NCBI GenBank assembly: GCA_018060845.1
Contig: JAGOVG010000001.1
Coordinates: 15,222 to 79,221 of the forward strand
DNA: 64,000 bases
Origin: Candidatus Woesebacteria bacterium
GTDB lineage: Bacteria; Patescibacteriota; Microgenomatia; UBA1400; UBA12108
Direction of reading: 5' to 3'
Of this stretch, positions 1-10,230 are shown one piece after another. The position numbers and the translations under genes are program-made. Under the pieces are notes generated by a model, which was given only the letters and a program-made list of their open reading frames with translations, had not been told where the DNA came from and did not search any database. The number at the start of each line of letters is the position of its first letter. The stretch's first letter is position 1.

Positions 1-338
1 AATGAGAGCACTGAGATGATGGTTAAGAGGAACGGGACAGAGAAGAGTCTAGATTTTTTGGCGATCGGCTCGACTAGGCCATGCGGCATGATCTCCCCCA
101 TAACCTCGTCGTAATCGCGGCGATACATAGCAATTAAGGTATCGGGGTTTAGATGGAGGACGCGGGCATAGCTTTTGAGAAAACCCTTGGTAACTGGAGC
201 GCTCGGGAGTTTGTCAAAATCTGATTCTTCGAGTGCGAGTAAATATTCTGGTTTGACCTTGGTGCGACCTGCGACGTCCGAGAGAGTTAGTTCGAGCAAT
301 AGCCTCTTATCTTTTAATAAATCACCTGCAGTTTTCAT
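1..338 (-). CDS. RodZ-like helix-turn-helix membrane protein. Only the 5' part is in the window; the gene runs past the window start.
   Basis: ATG at 338 on the minus strand. Translation MKTAGDLLKDKRLLLELTLSDVAGRTKVKPEYLLALEESDFDKLP...GFLKSYARVLHLNPDTLIAMY matches the XRE-type HTH at the RodZ N-terminus, followed by a hydrophobic segment. Not in the ORF track because no stop codon lies inside the window. Confidence 0.55.
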   Translation of the reverse strand, partial: MKTAGDLLKDKRLLLELTLSDVAGRTKVKPEYLLALEESDFDKLPSAPVTKGFLKSYARVLHLNPDTLIAMYRRDYDEVMGEIMPHGLVEPIAKKSRLFSVPFLLTIISVLS

Positions 339-344
339 ATGAAT

Positions 345-2480
345 TTAGGCATTCTCGGCTTCTTTTGCCTTTAGCTCTTCGAGGCTGTGGATCAAGATAG
401 TGCGTGGTTTGGCACCCTCCTGCTGTCCAACTACTCCGGCAGTCTCGAGCTGATCCATGATACGTGCAGCTTTGTTGTAACCGAGTGACATTTTGCGTTG
501 CAAGAAACTGGTGCTAGCACGGCCGGCGGCAATCACCACATTAACTGCGTCCTCAAATTCTGCGTCGCGCTGCGTTGAGGCACCTACATCATCGCCAGTA
601 ATATACTTTTCGGTGACTTCTTCTTGGTATTTAACATCACCTGGCTCGGTTTTTTTGAGGTAGTCGATTAAAGCTTTGATCTCGTCGTTGGTCACGTAGG
701 TGCCCTGAATACGGGTCGGGAGTGGACGATCGGGTGGCACATATAACATGTCACCACGGCCGAGTAGTTTTTCTGCTCCAGGACTATCGATGATGACACG
801 GCTGTCGATCATGCTGGCCACGTTAAAGGCAATACGAGTTGGGATGTTGGCTTTGATCAGACCCGTAATAACGTTCACAGAGGGCCTTTGAGTTGCTAAG
901 ACTAAGTGGATACCTGTCGCACGAGCCATCTGGGCGAGGCGCACAATCAAGTCCTCGACTTTCGTTGGAGCTGAGAGCATGATGTCAGCGAGCTCGTCGA
1001 TCACAATCACGATATATTCCATAGCAGTAAAGCCGGAGAGTTCGTTATACTCCTCGACGTTTCTGACCCCGACCTCGGCAAACATTTTGTAGCGCTTGTC
1101 CATCTCTTTGGTGGCCCAGGTGAGAGCAGCGACAACCTGATCAGTGTTGGTGATAACGGGAGTCAGCAAATGTGGGATGCCGTTATAGCCGGTTAGCTCG
1201 ACTCTTTTTGGATCGACTAAGATAAAGCGCAGCTCCTGCGGAGAGTTGCGATAGAGGAGAGTTGTGATGATAGTGTTAATACAAACAGACTTACCGGAGC
1301 CGGTCGAACCAGCAACCAAGATGTGGGGCATTTTTTTGATATCGGCAATAATTGGTGCACCAGAGACGCCCAGACCCAGTCCTACTGCGAGTCGAGATTT
1401 TTCTTTTTTCATGTCGGGGTGAGTCATGATCTCTTGCAAGGTCACATATTCTGGTGAGCGGTTGGGGATCTCGAGACCTACGAGATTACGACCAGGGATT
1501 GGGGCTTCGATACGAATCTGACCGGTGGGGGCGGCGAGCGCGAGCGCTAGGTCGGTGGATAAGCCTTTGATTTTGCTGAGCTTGGTGCCCTCGGCAATGC
1601 GGATTGCATACTGGGTCACGGCGGGGCCACCATTTACCTCCATTACTTTGGCTCTAATACCAAAAGAGTCGAGAGTACTCTCGATGATGCTTGCGTTCTC
1701 TTTGATGTCTCCGCGATCGGCTTTGGCACCTTTTTGGGCAGAGAGCAGGTTTAGGGATGGATACTTCCAGATTTTGGTAGTGCCATCTTTGACGCCGGTT
1801 AGAGTAGTCTCAAATTCGTGGGTAGGATTTTTGTCTTTGGGTGCTGCCTTGGCAGCTTTAGCTGGCTCAACGGCAGGTACCGCCGTGTTACTGGGGATAT
1901 TAATCTTGGTTTCGGCATCATCTTGGAAGAGTAGTTTGGTCGAGACTTTTTTCACTGGGTCCCCAAAATCATCTTTTTTGACAAACATCCAAGAGAAAAT
2001 AGTCTGAAAGCTACCGAGTAATCGACCCATACCCATAACCAGTTCTTCGAGTGGTGTATTAGTAATAACCATAGCGCCAATTAGGATAGTGGCACTACTG
2101 ATAATGTTTGAGCCAATGTTACCAACGAGCGCGCCTAAGGCCTCAGAAATAACTAACCCAAGCTCGCCTGCCTGACTAACGCCAAGGGATCCCATAAAAA
2201 CCAGTAGACCCCCGAGGAGTAGGTTGGGGGAGGCGATCGCCCATTTGAGCGACATCATCATGAGTCCAATTGAGATTAAAAGGAAAGGCAAAATTAGCAT
2301 GGTCCAGCCAAATGCTCTAAACAAGACCTGATAGATGTCGCTGAGAACTGGGCTACTACGGGTAAAGCTAAGCATGACTACGGCTGAGGCAACCAAGAAG
2401 AGGATCGAGACCACGCTATAGACAATCTCCTTGCGAAGCTTGAGTTTGAATGGGTTTTTGCGACGACCACGACGAGCCAT
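345..2480 (-). CDS. ftsK: DNA translocase FtsK/SpoIIIE
   Basis: N-terminal TM helices, Walker A GSTGSGKSVCIN, and a C-terminal gamma winged-helix (ASTSFLQRKMSLGYNKAARIMDQLE). The ORF extends to 2525; the likely start is MARRGRRK at about 2480. Confidence 0.93.
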   Translation of the reverse strand: MARRGRRKNPFKLKLRKEIVYSVVSILFLVASAVVMLSFTRSSPVLSDIYQVLFRAFGWTMLILPFLLISIGLMMMSLKWAIASPNLLLGGLLVFMGSLGVSQAGELGLVISEALGALVGNIGSNIISSATILIGAMVITNTPLEELVMGMGRLLGSFQTIFSWMFVKKDDFGDPVKKVSTKLLFQDDAETKINIPSNTAVPAVEPAKAAKAAPKDKNPTHEFETTLTGVKDGTTKIWKYPSLNLLSAQKGAKADRGDIKENASIIESTLDSFGIRAKVMEVNGGPAVTQYAIRIAEGTKLSKIKGLSTDLALALAAPTGQIRIEAPIPGRNLVGLEIPNRSPEYVTLQEIMTHPDMKKEKSRLAVGLGLGVSGAPIIADIKKMPHILVAGSTGSGKSVCINTIITTLLYRNSPQELRFILVDPKRVELTGYNGIPHLLTPVITNTDQVVAALTWATKEMDKRYKMFAEVGVRNVEEYNELSGFTAMEYIVIVIDELADIMLSAPTKVEDLIVRLAQMARATGIHLVLATQRPSVNVITGLIKANIPTRIAFNVASMIDSRVIIDSPGAEKLLGRGDMLYVPPDRPLPTRIQGTYVTNDEIKALIDYLKKTEPGDVKYQEEVTEKYITGDDVGASTQRDAEFEDAVNVVIAAGRASTSFLQRKMSLGYNKAARIMDQLETAGVVGQQEGAKPRTILIHSLEELKAKEAENA

Positions 2481-2540
2481 ATGAGTTCCAATGTACACAA
2501 ATCTCAAATGTACACAAATGTGCACAAATGGGGAAAGTGT

Positions 2541-4184
2541 TTAATTATCAATAATAATTGGGATGACCAAAGGATTTTTGCCGTACTCTTCGAGAAAAAG
2601 TCGACTCACCTCTTTGGCGATCTTGTCTTTACTATACACCTTATCTCGATGAGAATCCTCTGCACGAAGCGCGGAACGGAGCGAGTTCTTAAATCGAGAC
2701 AGAACATCAGGTTCGATATGAGTGATTATCCCCTTGGGGATAAAGTCGACTTCGAGGGCGTTACCTGATCCAGTTACGACCGTAATCACCACCCCTTCTT
2801 GGAACATAGCCTGACGATCGGCGATCGGTTTGTCGCTCCTAGCAATCATGCCTGACTCGACATAGACTGTGCGCAGCGGGATTGGATCGCCCAGGTGAAC
2901 GATACCACCTGGCTCAATAACGAGCGGTTGGTTTTCGCTAGCTAAGATATGGTCCGGCGCGATCCCCATCTCACGAGCTAACTTGCCAAACTGCACGGCA
3001 TGCCGATGTGTACCACCAGTACCCATGACATACTTTGGTTTGGTAAAGGCTATCAACATCTTTATTTCGCTGGAGCTAGCGTGGCCTGAGACGTGGAGGT
3101 CGTCGGCGATGTCGCTATAGCTGACGCGCAGACCTTTGATGCTGAGCATGTCGATTAACCTATACACATTACTCTCGTTGCCGGGGATTGGATCGGCAGA
3201 AAAGATGACCTTGTCGCCTGAATCGAGCTTGATCATTTTATGATCCCCTACTGCGATCTTCTCTAGACTGCTACCGAGCTGACCTTGGCTACCGGCGATA
3301 ATGAGACATTGTTCATCCCTTGGTATATCTTTCATTTTGCGCTTATCAACAATCAGTCGTGGCGGGATTTTGAGAAATCCGAGTTCGGCGGCCACTTTGA
3401 CGTTTTTTTCGATACTGTAGCCGACAAAAGCAACTTTGCGGTTGTGCCGACGCGCGACCCAAAGAGCCTGCTGGATACGACTGATATTACTACTCATGGT
3501 AGTGACAATGACGCGGCCATTACAATCTCTAAACTCTCGCTCAAAAGACTCTTCAACACTCGCTTCGGAGAGTGAGTACCCTGGCTTCTCGGATCTTAGA
3601 CAGTCTGAGAGGAGGAGTGTTACCCCCTCCGCGCCAGCTCTTGTCATACTAGAGACATCCGGTAGCTCTTGGCCAACGGGAGTCCAGTCAAACTTAAAGT
3701 CTGAACCATGGTAGACATTGCCATGAGGAGTTTTGATGATTAGATGTTTGGTGTCGGGGACAGAGTGAGTGACAGGGATCATTTTGACTTCAAAAACACC
3801 GAGCTGGATCGGCTGGCGGTCACCGACTACGTTAATCATCTTAGGGTCGATACCGTAGTCTTTGAACTTTTCGCGCAAAAATCCAGCAGTTAACTTGCTA
3901 GCATAAATCGGGATCTGTCCACCGAGCTGAGGGATGACAAAGGGGAAGCCGCCGATATGGTCTTCGTGACCGTGAGTCACGACAAAGCCACGGATCCTAC
4001 TGATCTTGTCTTTGAGATAGGTAATATCAGGAATTGTTAAATCTACGCCTGGGACCCCTTCTTCGGGGAAGCCCATACCACAGTCGACGATAAAGATATC
4101 GGACTCGGATTCATAGACATACATATTGTCGTGAACATTGGGCATCCCACCGAGTGGGATCATTTTGATTGGAGAGTTAAGCAT
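2541..4184 (-). CDS. rnj: Ribonuclease J (metallo-beta-lactamase/beta-CASP)
   Basis: HGHEDHIGG motif; the N-terminus (KMIPLGGMPNVHDNMYVYESESDIFIVDCGMGFP) is typical of RNase J. Confidence 0.88.
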   Translation of the reverse strand: MLNSPIKMIPLGGMPNVHDNMYVYESESDIFIVDCGMGFPEEGVPGVDLTIPDITYLKDKISRIRGFVVTHGHEDHIGGFPFVIPQLGGQIPIYASKLTAGFLREKFKDYGIDPKMINVVGDRQPIQLGVFEVKMIPVTHSVPDTKHLIIKTPHGNVYHGSDFKFDWTPVGQELPDVSSMTRAGAEGVTLLLSDCLRSEKPGYSLSEASVEESFEREFRDCNGRVIVTTMSSNISRIQQALWVARRHNRKVAFVGYSIEKNVKVAAELGFLKIPPRLIVDKRKMKDIPRDEQCLIIAGSQGQLGSSLEKIAVGDHKMIKLDSGDKVIFSADPIPGNESNVYRLIDMLSIKGLRVSYSDIADDLHVSGHASSSEIKMLIAFTKPKYVMGTGGTHRHAVQFGKLAREMGIAPDHILASENQPLVIEPGGIVHLGDPIPLRTVYVESGMIARSDKPIADRQAMFQEGVVITVVTGSGNALEVDFIPKGIITHIEPDVLSRFKNSLRSALRAEDSHRDKVYSKDKIAKEVSRLFLEEYGKNPLVIPIIIDN

Positions 4185-4204
4185 TTTTCTTCTTTCTTAG
4201 CGTT

Positions 4205-5266
4205 TTAATACGCTTTCATATATTGTTTGTAATTGCTTATGTCGACTTTGACTGTCGCAGTTTTGCCCTCGACAATCTCGCGGGCAACACGCCTAGTTAA
4301 GGCAGCGAGGGTGCGCTGGAGTGTACGGATACCAGCGTCGTAGCCGAGTGGGCGGGCGACCACTGGCCAGACCGATTCGTCGATAACTAACTGGGATGGC
4401 AGTAGCCCTGATTCTTTGAGGGCTTTGGGGAGTAGATACTCGCGACTGATGTGGATCTTTTCTTCGTCTGTATAAGATGGCATCTGGATAAGCTCGAGAC
4501 GATCTAGAACCGCTGTTGCCACGTTGGTCGTATTATTGGCGGTTGCGACAAAGAGGACCTGGGACAGGTCGAGTGGGAAATCTAGGTAGTGATCAAGGAA
4601 GCGGTTGTTCTGGGTAGGATCCAAAAGTTCGACTAAGACACCCATGATGTCCGCACGCTCTTCTGCCCCGACACGATCTATTTCGTCGAGCAGGATAATC
4701 GGGTTCATACTACCAGCGTCCCTTAAGGCTTTGACAATGTGCCCTGGCTCGGCCTCGGCAAATAACCTAGACTTGCCGCGTAGATCCTGGGCACTACCCA
4801 AGCCACCAAACGGAATACGGGCAAATTTGCGACCGAGTGTTTCGGCCAGACTGTAGGCAAAAGTGGTTTTGCCTGTACCAACCAACCCAACCAAAAAGAT
4901 GGCTGGTGCTCTAACTACCTTTTCACCACCCTGGTCCATACGGAGTTTGATGGTTGCTAAGTATTCTAGAATGCGATCCTTGGTCTCCTGCATGCCGTAG
5001 TGACTCTTGTTCATGTTGGTGGCAGCAGCGACGATGTCGAGCTTGTCAGTAGTAGTTTCGCCCCATGGGATACTGGTGATCCAGTCGATGTAGTGGCTGA
5101 TGCGATCGTACTCGGCAGAGTAGACGCCGGTATTGATCATTCGGTTGAGGCGACCCAGCATTTCGATGGCCTTATCTTTTAAATCTTCGGGTAATTTGGT
5201 CGCATCAACTTTGGCTTTGAGCTTGACTAGTTCGTCGGCAAAATCTGTTTGGGCAATAGCATCCAT
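4205..5266 (-). CDS. Lon-like AAA+ ATPase module with no proteolytic domain and no N-terminal LAN domain
   Basis: Lon-type Walker A (GLVGTGKTT), ILLDEIDRV Walker B, and Lon-specific stretches (HYGMQETKDRILEYLA; DAGIRTLQRTLAAL). The ORF ends right after the alpha-subdomain. No S-K dyad protease domain follows. Confidence 0.72.
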   Translation of the reverse strand: MDAIAQTDFADELVKLKAKVDATKLPEDLKDKAIEMLGRLNRMINTGVYSAEYDRISHYIDWITSIPWGETTTDKLDIVAAATNMNKSHYGMQETKDRILEYLATIKLRMDQGGEKVVRAPAIFLVGLVGTGKTTFAYSLAETLGRKFARIPFGGLGSAQDLRGKSRLFAEAEPGHIVKALRDAGSMNPIILLDEIDRVGAEERADIMGVLVELLDPTQNNRFLDHYLDFPLDLSQVLFVATANNTTNVATAVLDRLELIQMPSYTDEEKIHISREYLLPKALKESGLLPSQLVIDESVWPVVARPLGYDAGIRTLQRTLAALTRRVAREIVEGKTATVKVDISNYKQYMKAY

Positions 5267-5280
5267 ATTTTTAGTATACC

Positions 5281-6396
5281 CTATGGCACGATGCGGACCA
5301 GCATGCCGACATCACTGTGATCATAAACATCTTTAGCGTCACTCGCAGATAGTGCGATACAGCCACCGGTTAGCTTGTCACCTATCTCACGATCATGACT
5401 GTATATTTTTTTGCCTTTGATGAGACTGGTGTAGGCTTTTTCGTGAAAGCCAAGATAAGCACCCACGTCATTTGCATATTCAAATGCCATCCAGTAGGGC
5501 ATCCAAGCGTTATAGATACCAGAGAATGCGAGAGGTGCCTTATTCATAATATGAAACTCCCCGACCGGTGTTGGATAATCTAGCCCCGTTGAAATCGTGT
5601 AGGTTTTGGCGAGTTGACCACTTGCAAAGAAATAAAGTTTTTGCTGGGAGATATCTACCTCGATATATTTGGCTGCGTGTTCACCACTGCTGGTTGGGCC
5701 ATCGTCTACACCGAGGACAACCGGAGTCGTCTGGAGTTTAAGACGCTCAAAGAGCGCACTTCGAACATTGCTAGTAGTTGAGTTCAGGCTAAAGTAATCT
5801 TTTTGCTTAGGGGTGAGGCGCGGCAAGATGTAGCCGAGGAGCATGGGCTCGTCGATCCCGAGAGGGACTGAGAGGTCGAGTGAGGTGGGCATAATCATGT
5901 TGCGTAGTAGCTCGGGCGGGAGCTCGAGTTCGGTCCCGCGACTACCGTCTTTGAGTAAGATTGGTAGCGATGACCGGTGGACGATGTTGAGCCTTTTGTT
6001 ATAGAGCTCGACCCGGCTCTGGTAGCGTGGGACTAACGTGTAGTTGGGAGTCAGAACTTGATGGGGCTCGGTGGTACCTCGCAGATTGGGGAGGGAGGAG
6101 AGCGCTATCTGATAATCCTGTGGTGAGCTAGTGAGGGTGACGCTTCCAGTCTTTGCATCATAGCTAAAAGATGGCTCACCCTGGTCAGTACTCGGGATGA
6201 CTATCGATTCCTGTGAGACTGGGAGATCTCTGACTTTGTAGGTCGTTGTAACATCTGGCAGCTCAAATGTTACCTCGGGATCGACTGGCATATCTGCCTG
6301 TACATTCCAGGTCTTTACCAAGACATAAGTAAGGAGAGAGACAAAGATAGTACCAAAAAATGTACCTAGGATAAGCGGGATGTTAGTTGGTTTCAT
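5281..6396 (-). CDS. L,D-transpeptidase (YkuD domain) with N-terminal membrane anchor
   Basis: C-terminal catalytic signature HxxxxGGCIAL..D (GFHEKAYTSL...TGGCIALSASDAKDVYDH). Overlaps the upstream gene by 4 nt. Confidence 0.8.
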   Translation of the reverse strand: MKPTNIPLILGTFFGTIFVSLLTYVLVKTWNVQADMPVDPEVTFELPDVTTTYKVRDLPVSQESIVIPSTDQGEPSFSYDAKTGSVTLTSSPQDYQIALSSLPNLRGTTEPHQVLTPNYTLVPRYQSRVELYNKRLNIVHRSSLPILLKDGSRGTELELPPELLRNMIMPTSLDLSVPLGIDEPMLLGYILPRLTPKQKDYFSLNSTTSNVRSALFERLKLQTTPVVLGVDDGPTSSGEHAAKYIEVDISQQKLYFFASGQLAKTYTISTGLDYPTPVGEFHIMNKAPLAFSGIYNAWMPYWMAFEYANDVGAYLGFHEKAYTSLIKGKKIYSHDREIGDKLTGGCIALSASDAKDVYDHSDVGMLVRIVP

Positions 6397-7559
6397 GGAG
6401 TCTGAGCAGAACTAGTAGCAGGAGTGGGGGTAGGTGAGACTAGAGCACTACTTACAAATGTTTTGAGTATTTCGTCCATCTCTTTGATGATGTTTACATC
6501 ATATTTGGCAGGGACATAATAGGTTACCCCACCAAAGTCGGTAGGAGTCGTAAAGTAAGGACCCTCTGCTTCTTTGTCGCAGAAGAAGAACGTTGATTTC
6601 TCCCCTTCGTTTTGATTAAAGTAACGGCGCATAACGAGATTAGCTTTGGTAGTAAATTCGGTATATTCTTTGTTTCGTAAATCACCTGATGAACCCTGGA
6701 ATGCAGGACTATCTTTAAACAGACAGACGGCACCACCGACAGGAGCCTGATACACCTTAATCTCGTAGTTGTTACGATAAATCGAGACCGTCAGAGTACC
6801 ATTTTCGGAGCTTTCTTTGACTGCCCAAGATTGTGGATGCGAAACAGAGAAAGCGGGATATGCTAGTGCATCAATTTTGCTAGTTACATATTCGACCCAA
6901 TCTATGCCAAGACCTGTTGTGGAGGTTAGCTTGAAAGTGGACAAGACGTTTCTGTATTCTTTGAGCAAACTCTCGCTGCTGATCGCATTTTTGCCGCCAG
7001 CTGGGAGTAGTCTAAAAATATAAATCTTGTCCTGGATCTGCGCATAGGTGATAACTGGTTGAAGACTCGTCTTAGGCCAACTCTCACTCCGCTCAAATGC
7101 ATCGTGATCCCCTACTTTGACTGGACTGGTCTTACTGCTGGTCCTACCATCCTGGAGAGTGCCAAAGTATTCTTCGAGGTTGCTAGTGGTTGCTTTGAAA
7201 CTCTCTATCTCCATAATGGCTGGTTCGTCGGTCTGGACTATTAAGCGACCTGATTGATCGGGACTAGTCTCGACCACGCTCCACTTAGGCGGGAGCGCGA
7301 TGCTATAAAAATGTGGTGTGTTGGTATAGCTGACGTATCCAGGAGGCGCATCTACCTGCTCTCCACCATTCGTTGTAGGAGCCTGGGTGCTACTCCTGCT
7401 AAAGAACGTAATGCCGAGCGCGAGGGAGACCAAGATGGCGGCGACTCCACCCAGAATGTAGGGTAGCCTGTTAGGTTTTTTGGCGTCAGCGACAGGGAGG
7501 ACTGGGGTCGTTTCGAGGATTGGAGCGGTCTGATTTTGAACGGGAGTATTTTCGGTCAT
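6393..7559 (-). CDS. Hypothetical membrane-anchored extracytoplasmic protein
   Basis: One N-terminal TM helix, no recognisable motifs. ATGA overlap with the L,D-transpeptidase gene suggests one operon. Confidence 0.5.
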   Translation of the reverse strand: MTENTPVQNQTAPILETTPVLPVADAKKPNRLPYILGGVAAILVSLALGITFFSRSSTQAPTTNGGEQVDAPPGYVSYTNTPHFYSIALPPKWSVVETSPDQSGRLIVQTDEPAIMEIESFKATTSNLEEYFGTLQDGRTSSKTSPVKVGDHDAFERSESWPKTSLQPVITYAQIQDKIYIFRLLPAGGKNAISSESLLKEYRNVLSTFKLTSTTGLGIDWVEYVTSKIDALAYPAFSVSHPQSWAVKESSENGTLTVSIYRNNYEIKVYQAPVGGAVCLFKDSPAFQGSSGDLRNKEYTEFTTKANLVMRRYFNQNEGEKSTFFFCDKEAEGPYFTTPTDFGGVTYYVPAKYDVNIIKEMDEILKTFVSSALVSPTPTPATSSAQTP

Positions 7560-7589
7560 AGCAAAATTGTACTACAGATTAGACACTTA

Positions 7590-7632
7590 CAGAAAAGCTC
7601 TCTAGTTACCCAGAGAGCTTTTCTTTTTACTT
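7590..7632 (-). terminator. Rho-independent terminator downstream of pnp
   Basis: Hairpin GCTCTCT-gggtaact-AGAGAGC followed by a U-tract on the minus strand. A T-tract on the plus strand also follows it. Confidence 0.5.
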
Positions 7633-7654
7633 TGTAATTACCTAATTACTAGTT

Positions 7655-9856
7655 TTAGCGACGAGGACGGAATCCGCCCCTGTCTCCACCGCGTGATCCC
7701 CCGCCAAAGCCACCGCTTCTGCGTGGACCACCAAAGCCACCTCGACCACCGCGATCTTCGCGAGGAGCCTCAGGCTTTAACTGGTCGAGTGGGACCATGG
7801 AGAGATCTACTCTGCCCTGATCGTCAACTCCTTTGACCCAGACGTGCACAGAGTCGCCTTCTTTGACAAGGCTACTGGCATCCTGGACATACTCAGCGCT
7901 CATGCGAGAGACGTGGACGAGACCCTGCTTGCCTGGGGCAAACTGCACAAAGCAGCCATAACCCTCGACACGAGTCACCTTGCCATCGTATTCTTCGCCA
8001 GCTTCTGGGACATGTACCATTCCCTTGATCCAGTTAACGGCTTTGTCCATCCCCTCGGGATCGACGCCGCTGACTGTGACTTTGCCGACACCTGTTGCAT
8101 CGTCGATATCGACATCTGCACCAGTCTCACTCATGATGAGCTTGATGTTTTTGCCTCCTGGGCCGATGATCTCGCCGATTTTGTCGGTTGGGATCTCGAA
8201 CTGGACGATCTTAGGAGCGTATTTACTCATCTCTTTTCTTGGTTCAGGAATAGCTTTGAGCATGACGTCCATGATCTGCATACGAGCGTCTTTGGCCTGG
8301 GCTAATGCCTGGGTCAAGACTTCGAAGCTGATGCCGCTGACCTTGATATCCATCTGGAGGGCGGTGATACCGTCGCGAGTACCTGCAACTTTAAAGTCCA
8401 TATCGCCAACGTGATCTTCGATACCAGCAATGTCAGTTAAGACAACGCTCTTTTTACCATCAGTCATTAGACCCATGGCTATACCAGCTACTGGTTTTTT
8501 CAGTGGGACACCGGCGGCCATAAGAGCCATACAGGAGCCACAGACACTAGCTTGGCTGGTACTACCATTACTACTCATAACCTCAGACACTACGTGAATA
8601 GTGTAAGGGAACTCTAGTTCGGATGGGAGCATGGGGACAATGGCTCTCTCAGCGAGTGCACCGTGACCAATCTCCCTCCTACCTGGAGCACCAAAACGAC
8701 CAGTTTCGCCTGATGCATAAGGAGGCATGGCATAGTGGTGGATGTAGCGCTTGACTGTCTCGGTTTCCATTGACTCGATGATCTGACCGAGTGAAGGAGC
8801 ACCGAGGGTGGCAATGGATAAGACCTGAGTCTGACCACGCTTAAACATGGCGCTTCCGTGGGGGCGAGGAAGAATGTCTACCTCGGCCTCTAGTGGTCGG
8901 ATCTCGACAGTCTTACGACCATCGACACGAATCTCTTCGTTGATAGTCATGGCACGAGTCTGCTCGGCTAAGACATCGTGAACGATCTCGCCTAGTTGTT
9001 TGCCATCGAGTTTGTCGGTGTATTCTTCTTTAAGTTTACCTACAAATTCTTCGATCAAACCATCCTCAGCCTGAGGAACGCCTAGTTTGGCACGAACATC
9101 TTTGCTTATTTTGTTGCTAACTTCATCTCTTAACTCTTGGGGAATAGTTTCTTTGGTTTCGAAGACCAATTTTTCTTTTCCTACTAGCTTTCTTAGCTCA
9201 TTGATTGAGACGATGATCTTTTTGATCTCGTCGTGGGCAAAAGCTAAGGCTTTTAACGTCTCTTCTTCGGTTACTTCGTTAGCACCGGCTTCGACCATTA
9301 CTATAGCTTCGGCAGAACCGGAGACGACTAGATCTAGCTTGGAGGTAGCGCGCTGCTCGTAGGTAGGATTGGCGACAAAGGCACCATCGATCATACCAAC
9401 ACGGACACCAGCAATAGGACCTTCCCAGGGGATGTTACTGATGTGGAGAGCGGCAGAGGTTGCGACTAGTCCTGGCATATCGGCGTCGTTACTACCATCG
9501 GCAGATAGGACGGTTGCGATAACCTGAACATCTCTTTTGACGTTCTTAGGGAAAAGTGGGCGGATAGAGCGGTCGATAATGCGACCTTTTAGAACTGCGT
9601 CATCACTAGGACGACCATCGCGCTTAACCCAGCGACTACCCTTGATTTTGCCACCAGCGTATAGCTTTTCGGCAAAGTCCACAGAGAGTGGGAAATATGA
9701 GAGAGTGGTGTCACTCTTGCCCATCACGGTTGTGACGTGGACAACAGTATCACCATAAGTTACGAGAATAGCGGCATTAGCCTGCTCGGAAAACTTCCCG
9801 TATTCGAGTATAAGATCTTGGCCACCCACCTGGGCGACGACTTTTGTAGACTGCAT
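7655..9856 (-). CDS. pnp: Polynucleotide phosphorylase with a C-terminal RGG/GGF-rich disordered tail
   Basis: Two RNase PH domains, KH and S1. Unusual C-terminal roughly 48 aa: REDRGGRGGFGGPRRSGGFGGGSRGGDRGGFRPRR. Confidence 0.95.
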   Translation of the reverse strand: MQSTKVVAQVGGQDLILEYGKFSEQANAAILVTYGDTVVHVTTVMGKSDTTLSYFPLSVDFAEKLYAGGKIKGSRWVKRDGRPSDDAVLKGRIIDRSIRPLFPKNVKRDVQVIATVLSADGSNDADMPGLVATSAALHISNIPWEGPIAGVRVGMIDGAFVANPTYEQRATSKLDLVVSGSAEAIVMVEAGANEVTEEETLKALAFAHDEIKKIIVSINELRKLVGKEKLVFETKETIPQELRDEVSNKISKDVRAKLGVPQAEDGLIEEFVGKLKEEYTDKLDGKQLGEIVHDVLAEQTRAMTINEEIRVDGRKTVEIRPLEAEVDILPRPHGSAMFKRGQTQVLSIATLGAPSLGQIIESMETETVKRYIHHYAMPPYASGETGRFGAPGRREIGHGALAERAIVPMLPSELEFPYTIHVVSEVMSSNGSTSQASVCGSCMALMAAGVPLKKPVAGIAMGLMTDGKKSVVLTDIAGIEDHVGDMDFKVAGTRDGITALQMDIKVSGISFEVLTQALAQAKDARMQIMDVMLKAIPEPRKEMSKYAPKIVQFEIPTDKIGEIIGPGGKNIKLIMSETGADVDIDDATGVGKVTVSGVDPEGMDKAVNWIKGMVHVPEAGEEYDGKVTRVEGYGCFVQFAPGKQGLVHVSRMSAEYVQDASSLVKEGDSVHVWVKGVDDQGRVDLSMVPLDQLKPEAPREDRGGRGGFGGPRRSGGFGGGSRGGDRGGFRPRR

Positions 9857-9879
9857 GAGATTTTTAACCGGACCCCTCG

Positions 9880-10146
9880 TTATTTGGCGAGGTTGAGGGT
9901 CTTGACCAGGGCACGATAACGGTCTTCGACGCTAGTTCTCAAATAGTTGAGAAGACGACGACGTTTAGAGACCATTTTCAGTAATCCGCGGCGAGAATGA
10001 TTGTCCTTTTTGTGAACCTTCAAGTGCTCAGTGAGCTCCTTGATTCGCTCAGTCAAGAGGGCAATCTGCACCTCGGGAGATCCAGTGTCTCCTTTCGTTG
10101 TTGCAAATTTTTTAATAATTTTGGATTTGTTATCGTCTTTTAGCAT
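9880..10146 (-). CDS. rpsO: 30S ribosomal protein S15
   Basis: [38 protein letters not shown] is classic S15. Conserved rpsO-pnp order. Confidence 0.95.
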   Translation of the reverse strand: MLKDDNKSKIIKKFATTKGDTGSPEVQIALLTERIKELTEHLKVHKKDNHSRRGLLKMVSKRRRLLNYLRTSVEDRYRALVKTLNLAK

Positions 10147-10230
10147 GGTTTTTGTTGATCAAATTATGATTAATATTGGTGTATTGTAACTTACGAGGGG
10201 CAATCTGGCAATCACTAGATACTTACCAGG

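Noticed and set aside
1525-2007. 160-aa plus-strand ORF inside ftsK
   Set aside because: It is antisense to a well-supported FtsK coding region, has low complexity and no motif, and is typical of a spurious frame in GC-moderate DNA.
7844-8414. Two plus-strand ORFs inside pnp
   Set aside because: They are antisense to PNPase.
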